This document shows, in pieces, positions 40,066 through 49,351 of a stretch of DNA of 64,000 bases. Each line of letters begins with the position of its first letter. The stretch's first letter is position 1. The DNA comes from Hyphomonas sp. (GTDB lineage Bacteria; Pseudomonadota; Alphaproteobacteria; Caulobacterales; Hyphomonadaceae). Location: NCBI RefSeq assembly GCF_046313735.1, contig NZ_JBKBXW010000011.1, forward strand, positions 6,292-70,291. The letters run 5' to 3'. The position numbers and the translations under genes are program-made. Below the pieces are notes generated by a model. The model worked only from the letters and a program-made list of their open reading frames with translations, did no database searches and had not been told where the DNA came from.

Positions 40066-40599
40066 CTAACCGCGCGGGGGCGGATCACCCGGCTCGATGA
40101 CTTCGCCTTCGATGACAATGCCCTCGCCGGAAGCATCACCATATCCGCGCGGGTGGTGCGATGCTGTTGGCCCTGCTTCCAAGCCCGCGAGGCTGCGGGC
40201 GGCCAGGCGGGCGCTGATTTCATTGGCGCCGAGCGCGATGGCGGCGGGCAGCGCGGCGAGACCCAGATCGAGCAGGGCGACCTCGCGGGAGAGGGATGTG
40301 TCCCGGAACAGGGCCGACAGGCCGAGCACGATCACGAAAACACCGATCAGCAGCCCCAGCCGGAAGGCAAAGCCAAGCAGGACCTGCGCGCCACTGATCG
40401 CTGGCTGGATGCCCGCGAGGCCGGCCAGGCGGCGGCGTTCATACAGGCTGACGGCCAGCATGACGGCTGCGAGCAATGAGAGCGCGAGGGGGCTGCGCTG
40501 CAGCAACGCCATCAGGCCGGCGCCGAGGGGGAAAGCCGCCAGCGAGAGCGCTCGCAGTCGCAAGACGTGGGCGAGGCCGGATAAAGGTGGTTGGGTCAT
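40066..40599 (-). CDS. Hypothetical membrane protein
   Basis: About four hydrophobic segments and a C-terminal VIEGEVIE tail. Confidence 0.7.
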   Translation of the reverse strand: MTQPPLSGLAHVLRLRALSLAAFPLGAGLMALLQRSPLALSLLAAVMLAVSLYERRRLAGLAGIQPAISGAQVLLGFAFRLGLLIGVFVIVLGLSALFRDTSLSREVALLDLGLAALPAAIALGANEISARLAARSLAGLEAGPTASHHPRGYGDASGEGIVIEGEVIEPGDPPPRG

Positions 40600-40739
40600 G
40601 CCGGGGCGGGGCTCCAATCACGGCTGGCATGGAGGTTGCCCGACTGCAGCCGGACGGGCAAGTGCGGCATGCGGGCCCGCTTGCCAGAGGCGGCAGCCTC
40701 AGTCATGCTGCGCCGCAACAAGGGGAGGCCGTAGACGCC

Positions 40740-42749
40740 ATGACGGACAGCGCCAACGATAACAAAGTTCCTTTTCAGCATTCTGCGGACGCTCCGTGGA
40801 TCTTCCGGACCTATGCCGGCCACTCCACGGCGAAGAAATCGAACGAGCTTTACCGGCTGAACCTGTCCAAGGGGCAGACGGGCCTGTCCATCGCCTTCGA
40901 CCTGCCGACCCAGACAGCCTATGACGCTGATCATATCCTCAGCCGGGGCGAGGTCGGCAAGGTCGGCGTGCCGGTAAAGCACCTCGGCGATATGCGTAGC
41001 CTGTTCGACCAGCTGCCGCTCGAGCAGATGAACACGTCAATGACGATCAATGCGCCGGCGGCCTGGCTGCTCGCCCTGTATGTGGCGCTGGCGGACGAGC
41101 GGGGTGAGAATCGCAAGAAACTCAAGGGCACAACTCAGAACGACATCGTCAAGGAATACCTCTCGCGCGGGACCTATGTGTTCCCGCCGGAGCCGTCGCT
41201 GCGGTTGATCGCGGACATGGTGAGCTGGTGTTATGTCGAGGTTCCCAAATGGAACCCGATGAATGTCTGCTCCTACCACCTTCAGGAAGCTGGCGCGACG
41301 CCCGAACAGGAACTGGCCTATGCGCTGGCCACCGCCATTGCGGTTCTGGATACGGTGAAGGCTGGCGGTCAAGTTCCGGAATCAGACTTTGAAACCGTGT
41401 TTGGCCGGATCTCGTTCTTTGTGAATGCGGGAGTGCGTTTCGTAACGGAACTCTGCAAGATGCGGGCATTCGTCGATCTCTGGGATGAGATTGGCCGGAA
41501 GCGGTATGGCGTGACCGACCCGAAGGCGCTGCTGTTCCGCTATGGCGTGCAGGTCAATTCGCTGGGCCTGACGGAGCCGCAGCCCGAGAACAATGTGTAC
41601 CGTATCCTGCTGGAAGCGCTGGCGGTCACCTTGTCGAAGCGTGCCCGTTGCCGCGCGTTGCAGCTGCCGGCCTGGAACGAGGCAATGGGCCTGCCGCGCC
41701 CCTGGGACCAGCAATGGTCGCTGCGCCTGCAGCAGGTGCTGGCCTATGAGACGGACCTGCTGGAGTTCGAGGATATCTTCGATGGCAGCCATGTCATCTC
41801 TGGCAAGACCGAAGAGCTGAAGGAGAAGGCGCGGGCCACGCTCGCCGAAATCGACCGGCTCGGCGGCGCCAAGGAAGCGATCGGCTTCATGAAGGAGAGC
41901 CTGGTCGGCGCCCATATCCAGCGGATCCGTGCGATTGAGAGCGGCGCGCTGACCGTGGTGGGGGTCAACCGGTTCACCGAGACCGAGGACAGCCCGCTGG
42001 GCGCGGGCGATGGGGCGATCCAGACCGTTGATCCGGCCGAGGAGGCCGCGCAGGTGCGCGACCTCAGGGCCTGGCGGTCCGCGCGCGACGGTGCTGCGGC
42101 CGAAGCTGCGCTGCGCGACCTGCGCGCGGCGGCCTCCGAGAACCGCAACATCATGGAGCCGTCCATCGCCTGCGCCAAGGCAGGCGTGACCACCGGCGAA
42201 TGGGGCACAGTGCTGCGCGAGGTTTTCGGCGAGTTCCGCGCGCCGACGGGCGTGGCGCTGGTGATCCGCGGGCCTGAGGGCGACGAGGACATCGAGGCGC
42301 TGCGCAAGGAAGTCGCCCGCGTCTCCGAAGCGCTGGGCCGGAAGCTGACCTATGTCCTCGGCAAGCCGGGCCTTGATGGCCATTCCAACGGCGCCGAGCA
42401 GATCGCCGCGCGCGGGCGCGAGGCCGGGATGGACGTCGTCTATGAAGGCATCCGCTTCACCCCGGCAGAGATCGCGGCGCAGGCGAAAGCCGCCGGCGCG
42501 CATGTCGTTGGCCTGTCAATCCTGTCGGGCAGCCATCTGGATCTTGTGCGTGAGACGCTTGCCGAGCTGCGCAAGGCAGGCCTCAGCGATGTGCCGGTCG
42601 TGGTCGGCGGCATCATCCCGCCGGAAGACGCCCGCGCCCTGAAACAGATGGGTGCCGCCGCGATTTACACGCCGAAGGATTTCCGCATCACCGAAATCAT
42701 GGGGGATGTGACGCGGATTGTCGAAAAGGCGTGGCTCGTCAAAGGCTAG
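40740..42749 (+). CDS. ecm: Ethylmalonyl-CoA mutase (MeaA/Ecm, B12-dependent)
   Basis: PWIFRTYAGHS, AFDLPTQT, B12-binding KPGLDGHSNG, LSILSGSH. Confidence 0.93.
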   Translation: MTDSANDNKVPFQHSADAPWIFRTYAGHSTAKKSNELYRLNLSKGQTGLSIAFDLPTQTAYDADHILSRGEVGKVGVPVKHLGDMRSLFDQLPLEQMNTSMTINAPAAWLLALYVALADERGENRKKLKGTTQNDIVKEYLSRGTYVFPPEPSLRLIADMVSWCYVEVPKWNPMNVCSYHLQEAGATPEQELAYALATAIAVLDTVKAGGQVPESDFETVFGRISFFVNAGVRFVTELCKMRAFVDLWDEIGRKRYGVTDPKALLFRYGVQVNSLGLTEPQPENNVYRILLEALAVTLSKRARCRALQLPAWNEAMGLPRPWDQQWSLRLQQVLAYETDLLEFEDIFDGSHVISGKTEELKEKARATLAEIDRLGGAKEAIGFMKESLVGAHIQRIRAIESGALTVVGVNRFTETEDSPLGAGDGAIQTVDPAEEAAQVRDLRAWRSARDGAAAEAALRDLRAAASENRNIMEPSIACAKAGVTTGEWGTVLREVFGEFRAPTGVALVIRGPEGDEDIEALRKEVARVSEALGRKLTYVLGKPGLDGHSNGAEQIAARGREAGMDVVYEGIRFTPAEIAAQAKAAGAHVVGLSILSGSHLDLVRETLAELRKAGLSDVPVVVGGIIPPEDARALKQMGAAAIYTPKDFRITEIMGDVTRIVEKAWLVKG

Positions 42750-42865
42750 CATTCGCCGATCTGCCGCAGTTGTATCGGGCAAGATCCGCAAACCTGTAGC
42801 GGGGCTTGCCGCAGCGCCGCAAAGCTCTCTATCGGGGGACATCTTCATGCCGGAGAAGCCGCGCG

Positions 42866-44254
42866 ATGCCGAATTCCATGCCTCTTCAGCTCGGTTGGGA
42901 AGAATGGCTGTCCCTCAATGATCTGGGCCTGCCGGCGATCAAGGCGAAGATTGATACCGGCGCTAAAACGTCTGCGCTGCATGCCAGTGTGATCGAGCCC
43001 TTCGGCCCGGCCCATGCGCCGCAGGTGCGCTTCCTGATCCAGCCGGATCCCGGCGATCCCTCGCTGGAGATTACCTGCTCGGCCCCGGTGGTCGACCGGC
43101 GGGAGGTGACCAGTTCGAATGGCGAGCGGGAGCTCAGATACGTCATCGAGACACGGGCGGAGATTGGCGGCGTCGAATGGCCGATCCAGCTGACCCTGTC
43201 GAACCGGGAAACCATGGCTTACCGGATGCTGCTGGGGCGCACGGCAATCCAGCCGAGCTGGGTGATTGATCCGAATGCGTCTTTCCTGCAGCCCCAACTT
43301 GGCTACCAGGCCTATCAGGGCCTGCCGCGCCGCAAGCCGGTGAAGCGCCCCTTGCGGATTGCGCTGCTGACGCGGGAGCCGAAGAACTATTCCTCACGCC
43401 GCCTGATCGAGGCCGCTGAAGCGCGCGGGCACGTGATCGAGGCGATTGATACGGCGCGCTGCTATATGCGCATCGGAACGGTGGACGCCGAGGTGCACTA
43501 TGATGGCAATGCGCTGCCCCGCTATGACGCGGTGATCCCGCGCATCGGCGCAACGATCACCGATTATGGCATGGCGGTGCTGAGGCAATTCTCGAACACC
43601 GGCGCCTATTGCCTGAACACGGCCGGCGCGATCGGGCGCAGCCGCGACAAGCTGCTGGCGCACCAGTTGCTCGCGCGCGCACGCGTGCCGATGCCGATCA
43701 CGGCCTTTGCGCACAGCCCGAAGGATACCAAAGGCCTCGTCGCCGTCGCGGGCGGAGCGCCGGTGGTGCTGAAACTGCTCTCGTCCACGCAGGGGAAGGG
43801 GGTGCTGCTGGCCGAGTCGCGCAAGGCCGCTGAGCGGCTGGTCGATGCCTTCCGGGGGCTGGACGCGAACTTCCTGGTACAGGAATTCGTCGAAGAGGCT
43901 GGCGGAGCGGATATCCGCGCCTTTGTCGTCGGCAACAAGGTTGTCGGAGCGATGAAGCGGCAGGCAGCGAAGGGGGAGTTCCGCTCGAACCTTCACAGGG
44001 GCGGCACGGCGAGTGCGGCCAAGCTGACCTCTGACGAACGCGACATCGCGCGCGAGGCAGCGAAGGTGCTGGGCCTGCAGATTGCCGGTGTGGACCTCTT
44101 GCAGACAGCCTCAGGCCCGAAAGTGCTGGAAGTGAATTCCTCACCCGGGCTCAGAGGAATTGAAGCGGCCACCGAAAAGGACATTGCCTCGCGCATCATC
44201 GAGCATCTGGAGACCGTCGTGCGCCCGCTTGCACGCCAGCGGGAGCCACTTTGA
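42866..44254 (+). CDS. rimK: RimK alpha-L-glutamate ligase with N-terminal retropepsin-like (RimB-type) protease domain
   Basis: GWEEW..IKAKIDTGAKTSALHA..MLLGR followed by ATP-grasp VIPRIG, FRSNLHRGG, LEVNSSPG. Confidence 0.9.
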   Translation: MPNSMPLQLGWEEWLSLNDLGLPAIKAKIDTGAKTSALHASVIEPFGPAHAPQVRFLIQPDPGDPSLEITCSAPVVDRREVTSSNGERELRYVIETRAEIGGVEWPIQLTLSNRETMAYRMLLGRTAIQPSWVIDPNASFLQPQLGYQAYQGLPRRKPVKRPLRIALLTREPKNYSSRRLIEAAEARGHVIEAIDTARCYMRIGTVDAEVHYDGNALPRYDAVIPRIGATITDYGMAVLRQFSNTGAYCLNTAGAIGRSRDKLLAHQLLARARVPMPITAFAHSPKDTKGLVAVAGGAPVVLKLLSSTQGKGVLLAESRKAAERLVDAFRGLDANFLVQEFVEEAGGADIRAFVVGNKVVGAMKRQAAKGEFRSNLHRGGTASAAKLTSDERDIAREAAKVLGLQIAGVDLLQTASGPKVLEVNSSPGLRGIEAATEKDIASRIIEHLETVVRPLARQREPL

Positions 44255-44261
44255 CCCCTCG

Positions 44262-45521
44262 CTAACGTGCGGAGAAAAGGCGGCCCTTTTCCGTGATCAG
44301 GACAATGATGAGCGCGGCGATGCCAAGCGCTGTGAACCCTGCAGTGAGCGGGACAGTGGTTCCGTCAAACTGGGCGCCGATGACGAGGCCGATCAGGCTC
44401 GACATCAGCGTCGTGGCAAAGCCATAGGCGGCGGATGCCGTGCCCGCGATCTTGCCCAGCGGCTCCATGGCGAGGGCCGAGAAGTTCGATCCCATCATCC
44501 CGAAACAGGCAAAGGCCAGCGCGAAGATCGGGAAGAAGCGCGCAAGGTTCTCGCCGAAAACAAGCGTCGTGACCGTCAGCGCCGCCGAGCACAGGATGAA
44601 CAGGACAAGCGCGGTATGGCTGATCCGGCGCATACCGAGCCGCTCGACCAGCCGGGAATTGCTGAAGTTTGCAATCGCCAGCGCAACAGCAATGCCGGCG
44701 AACCAGAAGGCGAAACTGTCACCCTGGTCGAACACATCGCGGAAGACCTGTTCAGATGAAGCGATGAACGCGAACAGCGCGCCAAAGACTACACCGGCGG
44801 CGCACATATAGCCGAAGCTGACCGGGGAGCGGATGACCTGCAGATAGGCATCGGCCGCGCTCCTGAGATTGAGGGGGCGGCGGGCCTCTGGTGGCAGGGT
44901 TTCCGGCAGCCTCAGCCAGGTCCAGCCCAGCATCAGCAAGCCCCAGAACGCCAAGACGAGGAAAATCCCCTCCCAGGGCGCAACGAACAGGATCAGCTGG
45001 CCAATCGCCGGGGCAATGATCGGGATGATCATGAAAATCGTCATCACGAGCGACATGAAGCTCGCCATGCTGCGCCCCGCGAACAGGTCCCGCACGACGG
45101 CTGAGGCGACGATGCGGGCACCGGACGCAAAAATCCCCTGCAGGAAGCGCGCCGCCAGCAGCACCCAGAATTCCCGGATGATCACGCAAAGCAGCGCGGT
45201 GGCCACATAGCCGATCAGGCCGATGAACAGCGGCGCGCGGCGGCCGAACCGGTCTGTAATTGGCCCCCAGACGAGCTGCGGTGCGCCAAAGCCGAGGACG
45301 AAGGCAAAGATCACAAGCTGCTGGCGGTTGTCGCGCGGGGCGCCGGCCTCCACGAGACCGGTCGCCTCCGCGATGGCGCCGAGGGCGGGCAGCATGATGT
45401 CTATGGCAATGGCGTTGAGCGCCATCAGGCCTGCCACGATGCCGATCAGCTCCGGCTTGCTCAAACCGCCGGGGCGGCCGGGCGCCACAGATGCCGGCCG
45501 GTCCGCCGTATCGCCGTCCAT
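44262..45521 (-). CDS. Bcr/CflA family MFS efflux transporter
   Basis: AIDIMLPAL, GPITDRFGRR, LPETL, 12-TM pattern. Confidence 0.9.
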   Translation of the reverse strand: MDGDTADRPASVAPGRPGGLSKPELIGIVAGLMALNAIAIDIMLPALGAIAEATGLVEAGAPRDNRQQLVIFAFVLGFGAPQLVWGPITDRFGRRAPLFIGLIGYVATALLCVIIREFWVLLAARFLQGIFASGARIVASAVVRDLFAGRSMASFMSLVMTIFMIIPIIAPAIGQLILFVAPWEGIFLVLAFWGLLMLGWTWLRLPETLPPEARRPLNLRSAADAYLQVIRSPVSFGYMCAAGVVFGALFAFIASSEQVFRDVFDQGDSFAFWFAGIAVALAIANFSNSRLVERLGMRRISHTALVLFILCSAALTVTTLVFGENLARFFPIFALAFACFGMMGSNFSALAMEPLGKIAGTASAAYGFATTLMSSLIGLVIGAQFDGTTVPLTAGFTALGIAALIIVLITEKGRLFSAR

Positions 45522-45664
45522 GTCATTCGTATCCTTTTCGGCCTGGCCTTCTGGACCCTTTCTTTCCGGTTGGCCAGCGGGATTGCAGGGCCCCCGCGCA
45601 AAGGGTGCCGGATTGTTTCCTAAATGTTACTCTCGCGGCCGGGGCGCAGATGCTAGGGAAGGGC

Positions 45665-47227
45665 ATGAGCATGCACGTGAACACAAGCTGGCGCGCGGCA
45701 GCGGCCGCCTTGATGCTGGGCGCCGGCGTGATGTCCGCTTGCGGCGGCAGCAGCAGCCCTTCGCCGGCGCCCCTTCCGCCGCCAGCGGCAAACCGTCCGC
45801 CCGTGATCACGTCACCGGCCAGTGCAAGCATCAATGAGAATACGACCGGCACGGTATACACCCTCACGGCAAATGATCCGGACGGGGACCCTGTCACGCT
45901 GTCGATTGTTGCGGGCGGGGATGAGGGCGTCTTCACCTTCGATCCGGCCACCGGCATCCTTTCGCTGGGCACGCCGCTGGATTTCGAGAATCCTCAGGAT
46001 GCGGACCGCAACAACATCTATCTCATAACCTTCGAGGCACGGGACAATCGCGGCGGCATGACGCGGATCACGGTTGAGATCCGGGTGCTGAATGTTGCAG
46101 AGGGCATGGCGCTCCGCCGGGTCGGCTCGGGCTTCAGCCAGCCGCTTTATCTCTCTGGAATTCCGGGCACGGAGCAGGTTGTGGTGCTGCAGAAGGGCGG
46201 CCGCGCGCGGGTGCTCAATCCGGAGAGTGGCGCTATCGACAGTGTCGACTTCCTGAATGTTGCCTCCGAAGTCTCCACCGACAGTGAACGGGGGCTCCTG
46301 GGGCTTGCCTTCTCGCCGGGCTTTGAAAGCGACCGCCTCATATATGTCAACCTGACCAATCTTGCCGGCGACACCGAAATCCGCCGCTATCAGATGTTCT
46401 CAGGCTCATCGCTGCAGGCTGATCCCTCCACCTTGCAGGTGCTGCTGACGATCCCGCAGCCGCGCGCCAATCACAATGCTGGCTGGCTCGGCTTTGGCGG
46501 TGACGGTCTGCTCTACATTCCGACGGGCGATAGTGGCGGCGGGGGTGATCCCGACAATGTAGCCCAGAATCCGGACTCTCTGCTCGGCAAGGTCCTGCGG
46601 ATCGACGTTTCCGGCGATGATTTCCCTTCAGACCCCGCCCTCAACTACCGCATTCCGACGGGCAATGCCTTTCCGGGAGGGGCTGGCGGCGCACCGGAGA
46701 TTTTTGCGCTCGGCCTGCGAAATCCCTACCGGGCGAGTTTCGATCCGGTCAGCGGTGACCTTTTCATAGGTGATGTCGGACAGAGTGCCGTGGAGGAAAT
46801 CAACCGGATGCGGCTCTCCGACAGCGGGGCCAATTATGGCTGGCGCCTGCGGGAGGGTACGCTGCCATATAATGGCGGGGCAAACTCGCCGTCGTTCACA
46901 CCTCCGGTTACGGAGTATTTCCATGGCACAGGACCAAACCAGGGACGCTCCGTCACCGGAGGGTATGTCTACCGAGGCCCCATCGAGCCGATCCGTGATC
47001 ATTATGTGTTCGGGGATTTCATCAGCGGCAATGTCTGGTCCGTTCCGGAAGCCTCGCTGGTCCCCGGACAGACGCTCAGTTCCTCAAACTTCAACCGCCT
47101 GAATGACCAGCTCGTGCCGAATGAAGGCACGCTGAACCAGGTGTCGAGTTTCGGACTCGATACAGAGGGCCGTCTGTATATCGTCTCGTTCGGCGGCAGT
47201 GTTTTCCGGGTCGAGCCTGCGCCCTGA
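45665..47227 (+). CDS. PQQ-dependent sugar dehydrogenase-family lipoprotein with cadherin-like domain
   Basis: Lipobox MSAC, cadherin motifs DPDGD and LDFE, ERGLLG, NHNAG, GLRNPYR. Confidence 0.85.
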   Translation: MSMHVNTSWRAAAAALMLGAGVMSACGGSSSPSPAPLPPPAANRPPVITSPASASINENTTGTVYTLTANDPDGDPVTLSIVAGGDEGVFTFDPATGILSLGTPLDFENPQDADRNNIYLITFEARDNRGGMTRITVEIRVLNVAEGMALRRVGSGFSQPLYLSGIPGTEQVVVLQKGGRARVLNPESGAIDSVDFLNVASEVSTDSERGLLGLAFSPGFESDRLIYVNLTNLAGDTEIRRYQMFSGSSLQADPSTLQVLLTIPQPRANHNAGWLGFGGDGLLYIPTGDSGGGGDPDNVAQNPDSLLGKVLRIDVSGDDFPSDPALNYRIPTGNAFPGGAGGAPEIFALGLRNPYRASFDPVSGDLFIGDVGQSAVEEINRMRLSDSGANYGWRLREGTLPYNGGANSPSFTPPVTEYFHGTGPNQGRSVTGGYVYRGPIEPIRDHYVFGDFISGNVWSVPEASLVPGQTLSSSNFNRLNDQLVPNEGTLNQVSSFGLDTEGRLYIVSFGGSVFRVEPAP

Positions 47228-47247
47228 GGCGCAGGCCCTGGCCGATA

Positions 47248-47838
47248 TCAGGTGCCGGGCCGGCGGATCTGGCCCGAAAGATTGAAGATCACCTGATCCG
47301 CGTCAAAGAAGGCTACATCATCAGGCTTCTCGCCTTTGCCCATCAGGATTTCGGCGCTGGCGACATAGCGTGTCTGCTCGCGGAACTCGACCGGCCCGCC
47401 CCAGAATGGATCATAATATCCGTACCGGGAGAAATAGGTCGGTCCCGGCCGGTAGAACCGGTAAGGGTCCCTGAAATACGACGCGCGGGGCCCGAAATAC
47501 CGGTAGTGCAGGTAGAAGTGATCATAGAAGGGCGTGTAGGCCGCCCCGCCGACCGGCACGATCCTTGTGTCTGCATCGGTTTCCCGGCGCACCACCCTGA
47601 AATGGTCGAAGCCGCTCTGCTTGGTCAGCTCTGCGGCCCGGTAAAGCATGTAGGTTTCGACCGTCCGCCGGTCTGTCAGCGAGTTGCCTGAGAACTCAAC
47701 CTGGAACCTGTTGTCCTCAATCCGAAGCTCGGAGAAGCCCCGGTCAGAGGCGGTCGCGGGCTGGTAAGGTGTGGCCGTGGCGCAGGCGCCAAGGAGGGCC
47801 AGCGCGCCGAGGACTGCAGCAGTTGTTATGCGTTTCAA
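47248..47838 (-). CDS. Conserved lipoprotein (CC0125/CC1285-like)
   Basis: LLGACATATPYQPA, FSGNSLT, YMLYRAAELT. Confidence 0.8.
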   Translation of the reverse strand: MKRITTAAVLGALALLGACATATPYQPATASDRGFSELRIEDNRFQVEFSGNSLTDRRTVETYMLYRAAELTKQSGFDHFRVVRRETDADTRIVPVGGAAYTPFYDHFYLHYRYFGPRASYFRDPYRFYRPGPTYFSRYGYYDPFWGGPVEFREQTRYVASAEILMGKGEKPDDVAFFDADQVIFNLSGQIRRPGT

Positions 47839-47933
47839 CGGTGATACTCCCGTGTTGTCTGTTGTTCATTATGTGCCAGAAGCCAGATGAACGCCAGCCA
47901 ACACGGGAGGTCACAAATCTGTGAGGACGCGCC

Positions 47934-48512
47934 TCACGCTGGCTGAATCCGGCTGCGGAACTCGCCGCTGTCGACATAGAGCGCGATCACCGTTGCGAGG
48001 TAAATCAGTGCGACGGACAGGGGCAGGAGCGTAAACCTTGCCTCCGGCAGGGCCACCCAGATCACCGTGACAAGAACGCCGCGCGCGATCATGTGGACCA
48101 GGAACGGAACCGGCCGCCCATACGACCAGCCGAATACCGGCCAATGCGTCGACATCCCTATGGCGAGCATGAGAGGCACGAGATCATTGTTGGCGCCCAT
48201 CGCCAGGATCGCTGCGGGCCAGAACATAAGCATCCCGGCCATGGCCATGAAGACGACGCCCTGATCGGGCATTTTTTCTTTCATGAAGGGGTTCCGGAAG
48301 AGCGCTCCGTAAAGCAGCGCAATCGGGAAGATGCTGCCGGACAGCATCGCCGCCATCCATGACCAGTCTTCATCGCTCACGGTGTAGCCGAGCAGGGTCA
48401 GGACCGCCCAATAGGTTCCGCCAGCGAGGGGAACAGGCCAGCCGCCGCGCACCCGGCAATAGCTTTCGAGGCGTGCCTGCTTCAGCCGCTCGTTCAGTTC
48501 AGCAAAATCCAT
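47934..48512 (-). CDS. Hypothetical multi-TM membrane protein
   Basis: GGGAG RBS; about six hydrophobic segments, HWPVFGWSYG. Confidence 0.75.
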   Translation of the reverse strand: MDFAELNERLKQARLESYCRVRGGWPVPLAGGTYWAVLTLLGYTVSDEDWSWMAAMLSGSIFPIALLYGALFRNPFMKEKMPDQGVVFMAMAGMLMFWPAAILAMGANNDLVPLMLAIGMSTHWPVFGWSYGRPVPFLVHMIARGVLVTVIWVALPEARFTLLPLSVALIYLATVIALYVDSGEFRSRIQPA

Positions 48513-48535
48513 AGTAGTCTCCCGTTCTGCCAATA

Positions 48536-48552
48536 ACTTTGCATAACAAAGT
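48536..48552. promoter_or_regulatory. Palindromic operator-like site
   Basis: ACTTTG-cataa-CAAAGT just upstream of the 48512 gene. Confidence 0.55.
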
Positions 48553-48642
48553 AGTTTGGCAGGATCAAGAGGCTTGTTGGCCGGGAGGAGGTTTCATCCC
48601 GGAGCGCGCTGTTCGTTGGACTCCTGAAACGGCAGGCGGGCG

Positions 48643-49260
48643 TCAGACCCCGACGGCGAGCATCGCCTTGAATGCCGGGCGGGCGGTCACTTTCTGCACC
48701 CAGGCGGCTGTGGCTGGCCGCCCGGTCAATCCGCCGCGCGCGGCGCCGCTCATGATCTGGAAGCCCATCAGGCAGTCGGCCGCGGAGAAATTTTCCCCGG
48801 CGAAATAGGGATGCTGCGTCAGGTGCGCCTCGATGTAGTTGGCGGCCTTTTCCAGCTCCTGCGCGTTGCGCTGCTGGATCGGGCTGTCGGCGGCCGCGCC
48901 GGCCAGACCGAGATAGAGCGTCAGCAGCGACGGCAGGAAGACGGCGCCTTCGGCGGCGTGGAGCCATTCCAGATAGCGCGGAAAATCCGGCGAGTCCGCG
49001 CGGGGGTGAAGCCTGTGGTCCGGATCGAATTTCGCGATCAGGTATTCCGCAATCGCGCCGGTTTCGGCGATCACAATTCCGTCATCCTCGAGCAGGGGCG
49101 ACTTGCCCATCGGATGGATTTTCAGGAGGTCCGGCGGCGCCAGCCGGGTCGTCTCGTCCCGCTTGTGGTGGATGATCTCGTGCGGCACGCCCAGCTCGTT
49201 CAGCAGCCAGACGATGCGCTGGGAGCGCGAGGCGTTGAGGTGGTGGAGCTTGAGCGGCAT
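48643..49260 (-). CDS. Glutathione S-transferase
   Basis: SRSQRIVWLLNEL, HPMGKSP, ETGAI, FSAAD. Confidence 0.92.
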   Translation of the reverse strand: MPLKLHHLNASRSQRIVWLLNELGVPHEIIHHKRDETTRLAPPDLLKIHPMGKSPLLEDDGIVIAETGAIAEYLIAKFDPDHRLHPRADSPDFPRYLEWLHAAEGAVFLPSLLTLYLGLAGAAADSPIQQRNAQELEKAANYIEAHLTQHPYFAGENFSAADCLMGFQIMSGAARGGLTGRPATAAWVQKVTARPAFKAMLAVGV

Positions 49261-49290
49261 AGGAGCGTCCTTCCGAATTGAGGGGGCTGA

Positions 49291-49323
49291 AAAAGGAAAC
49301 GGCAGACACAAAGGTCTGCCGTT
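49291..49323 (-). terminator. Intrinsic terminator after aldehyde dehydrogenase gene
   Basis: AACGGCAGAC-acaaag-GTCTGCCGTT hairpin with a U-rich tail on the minus strand. Confidence 0.7.
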
Positions 49324-49351
49324 GCCATGTGGAATTGGTCGGCGAGCGGCG

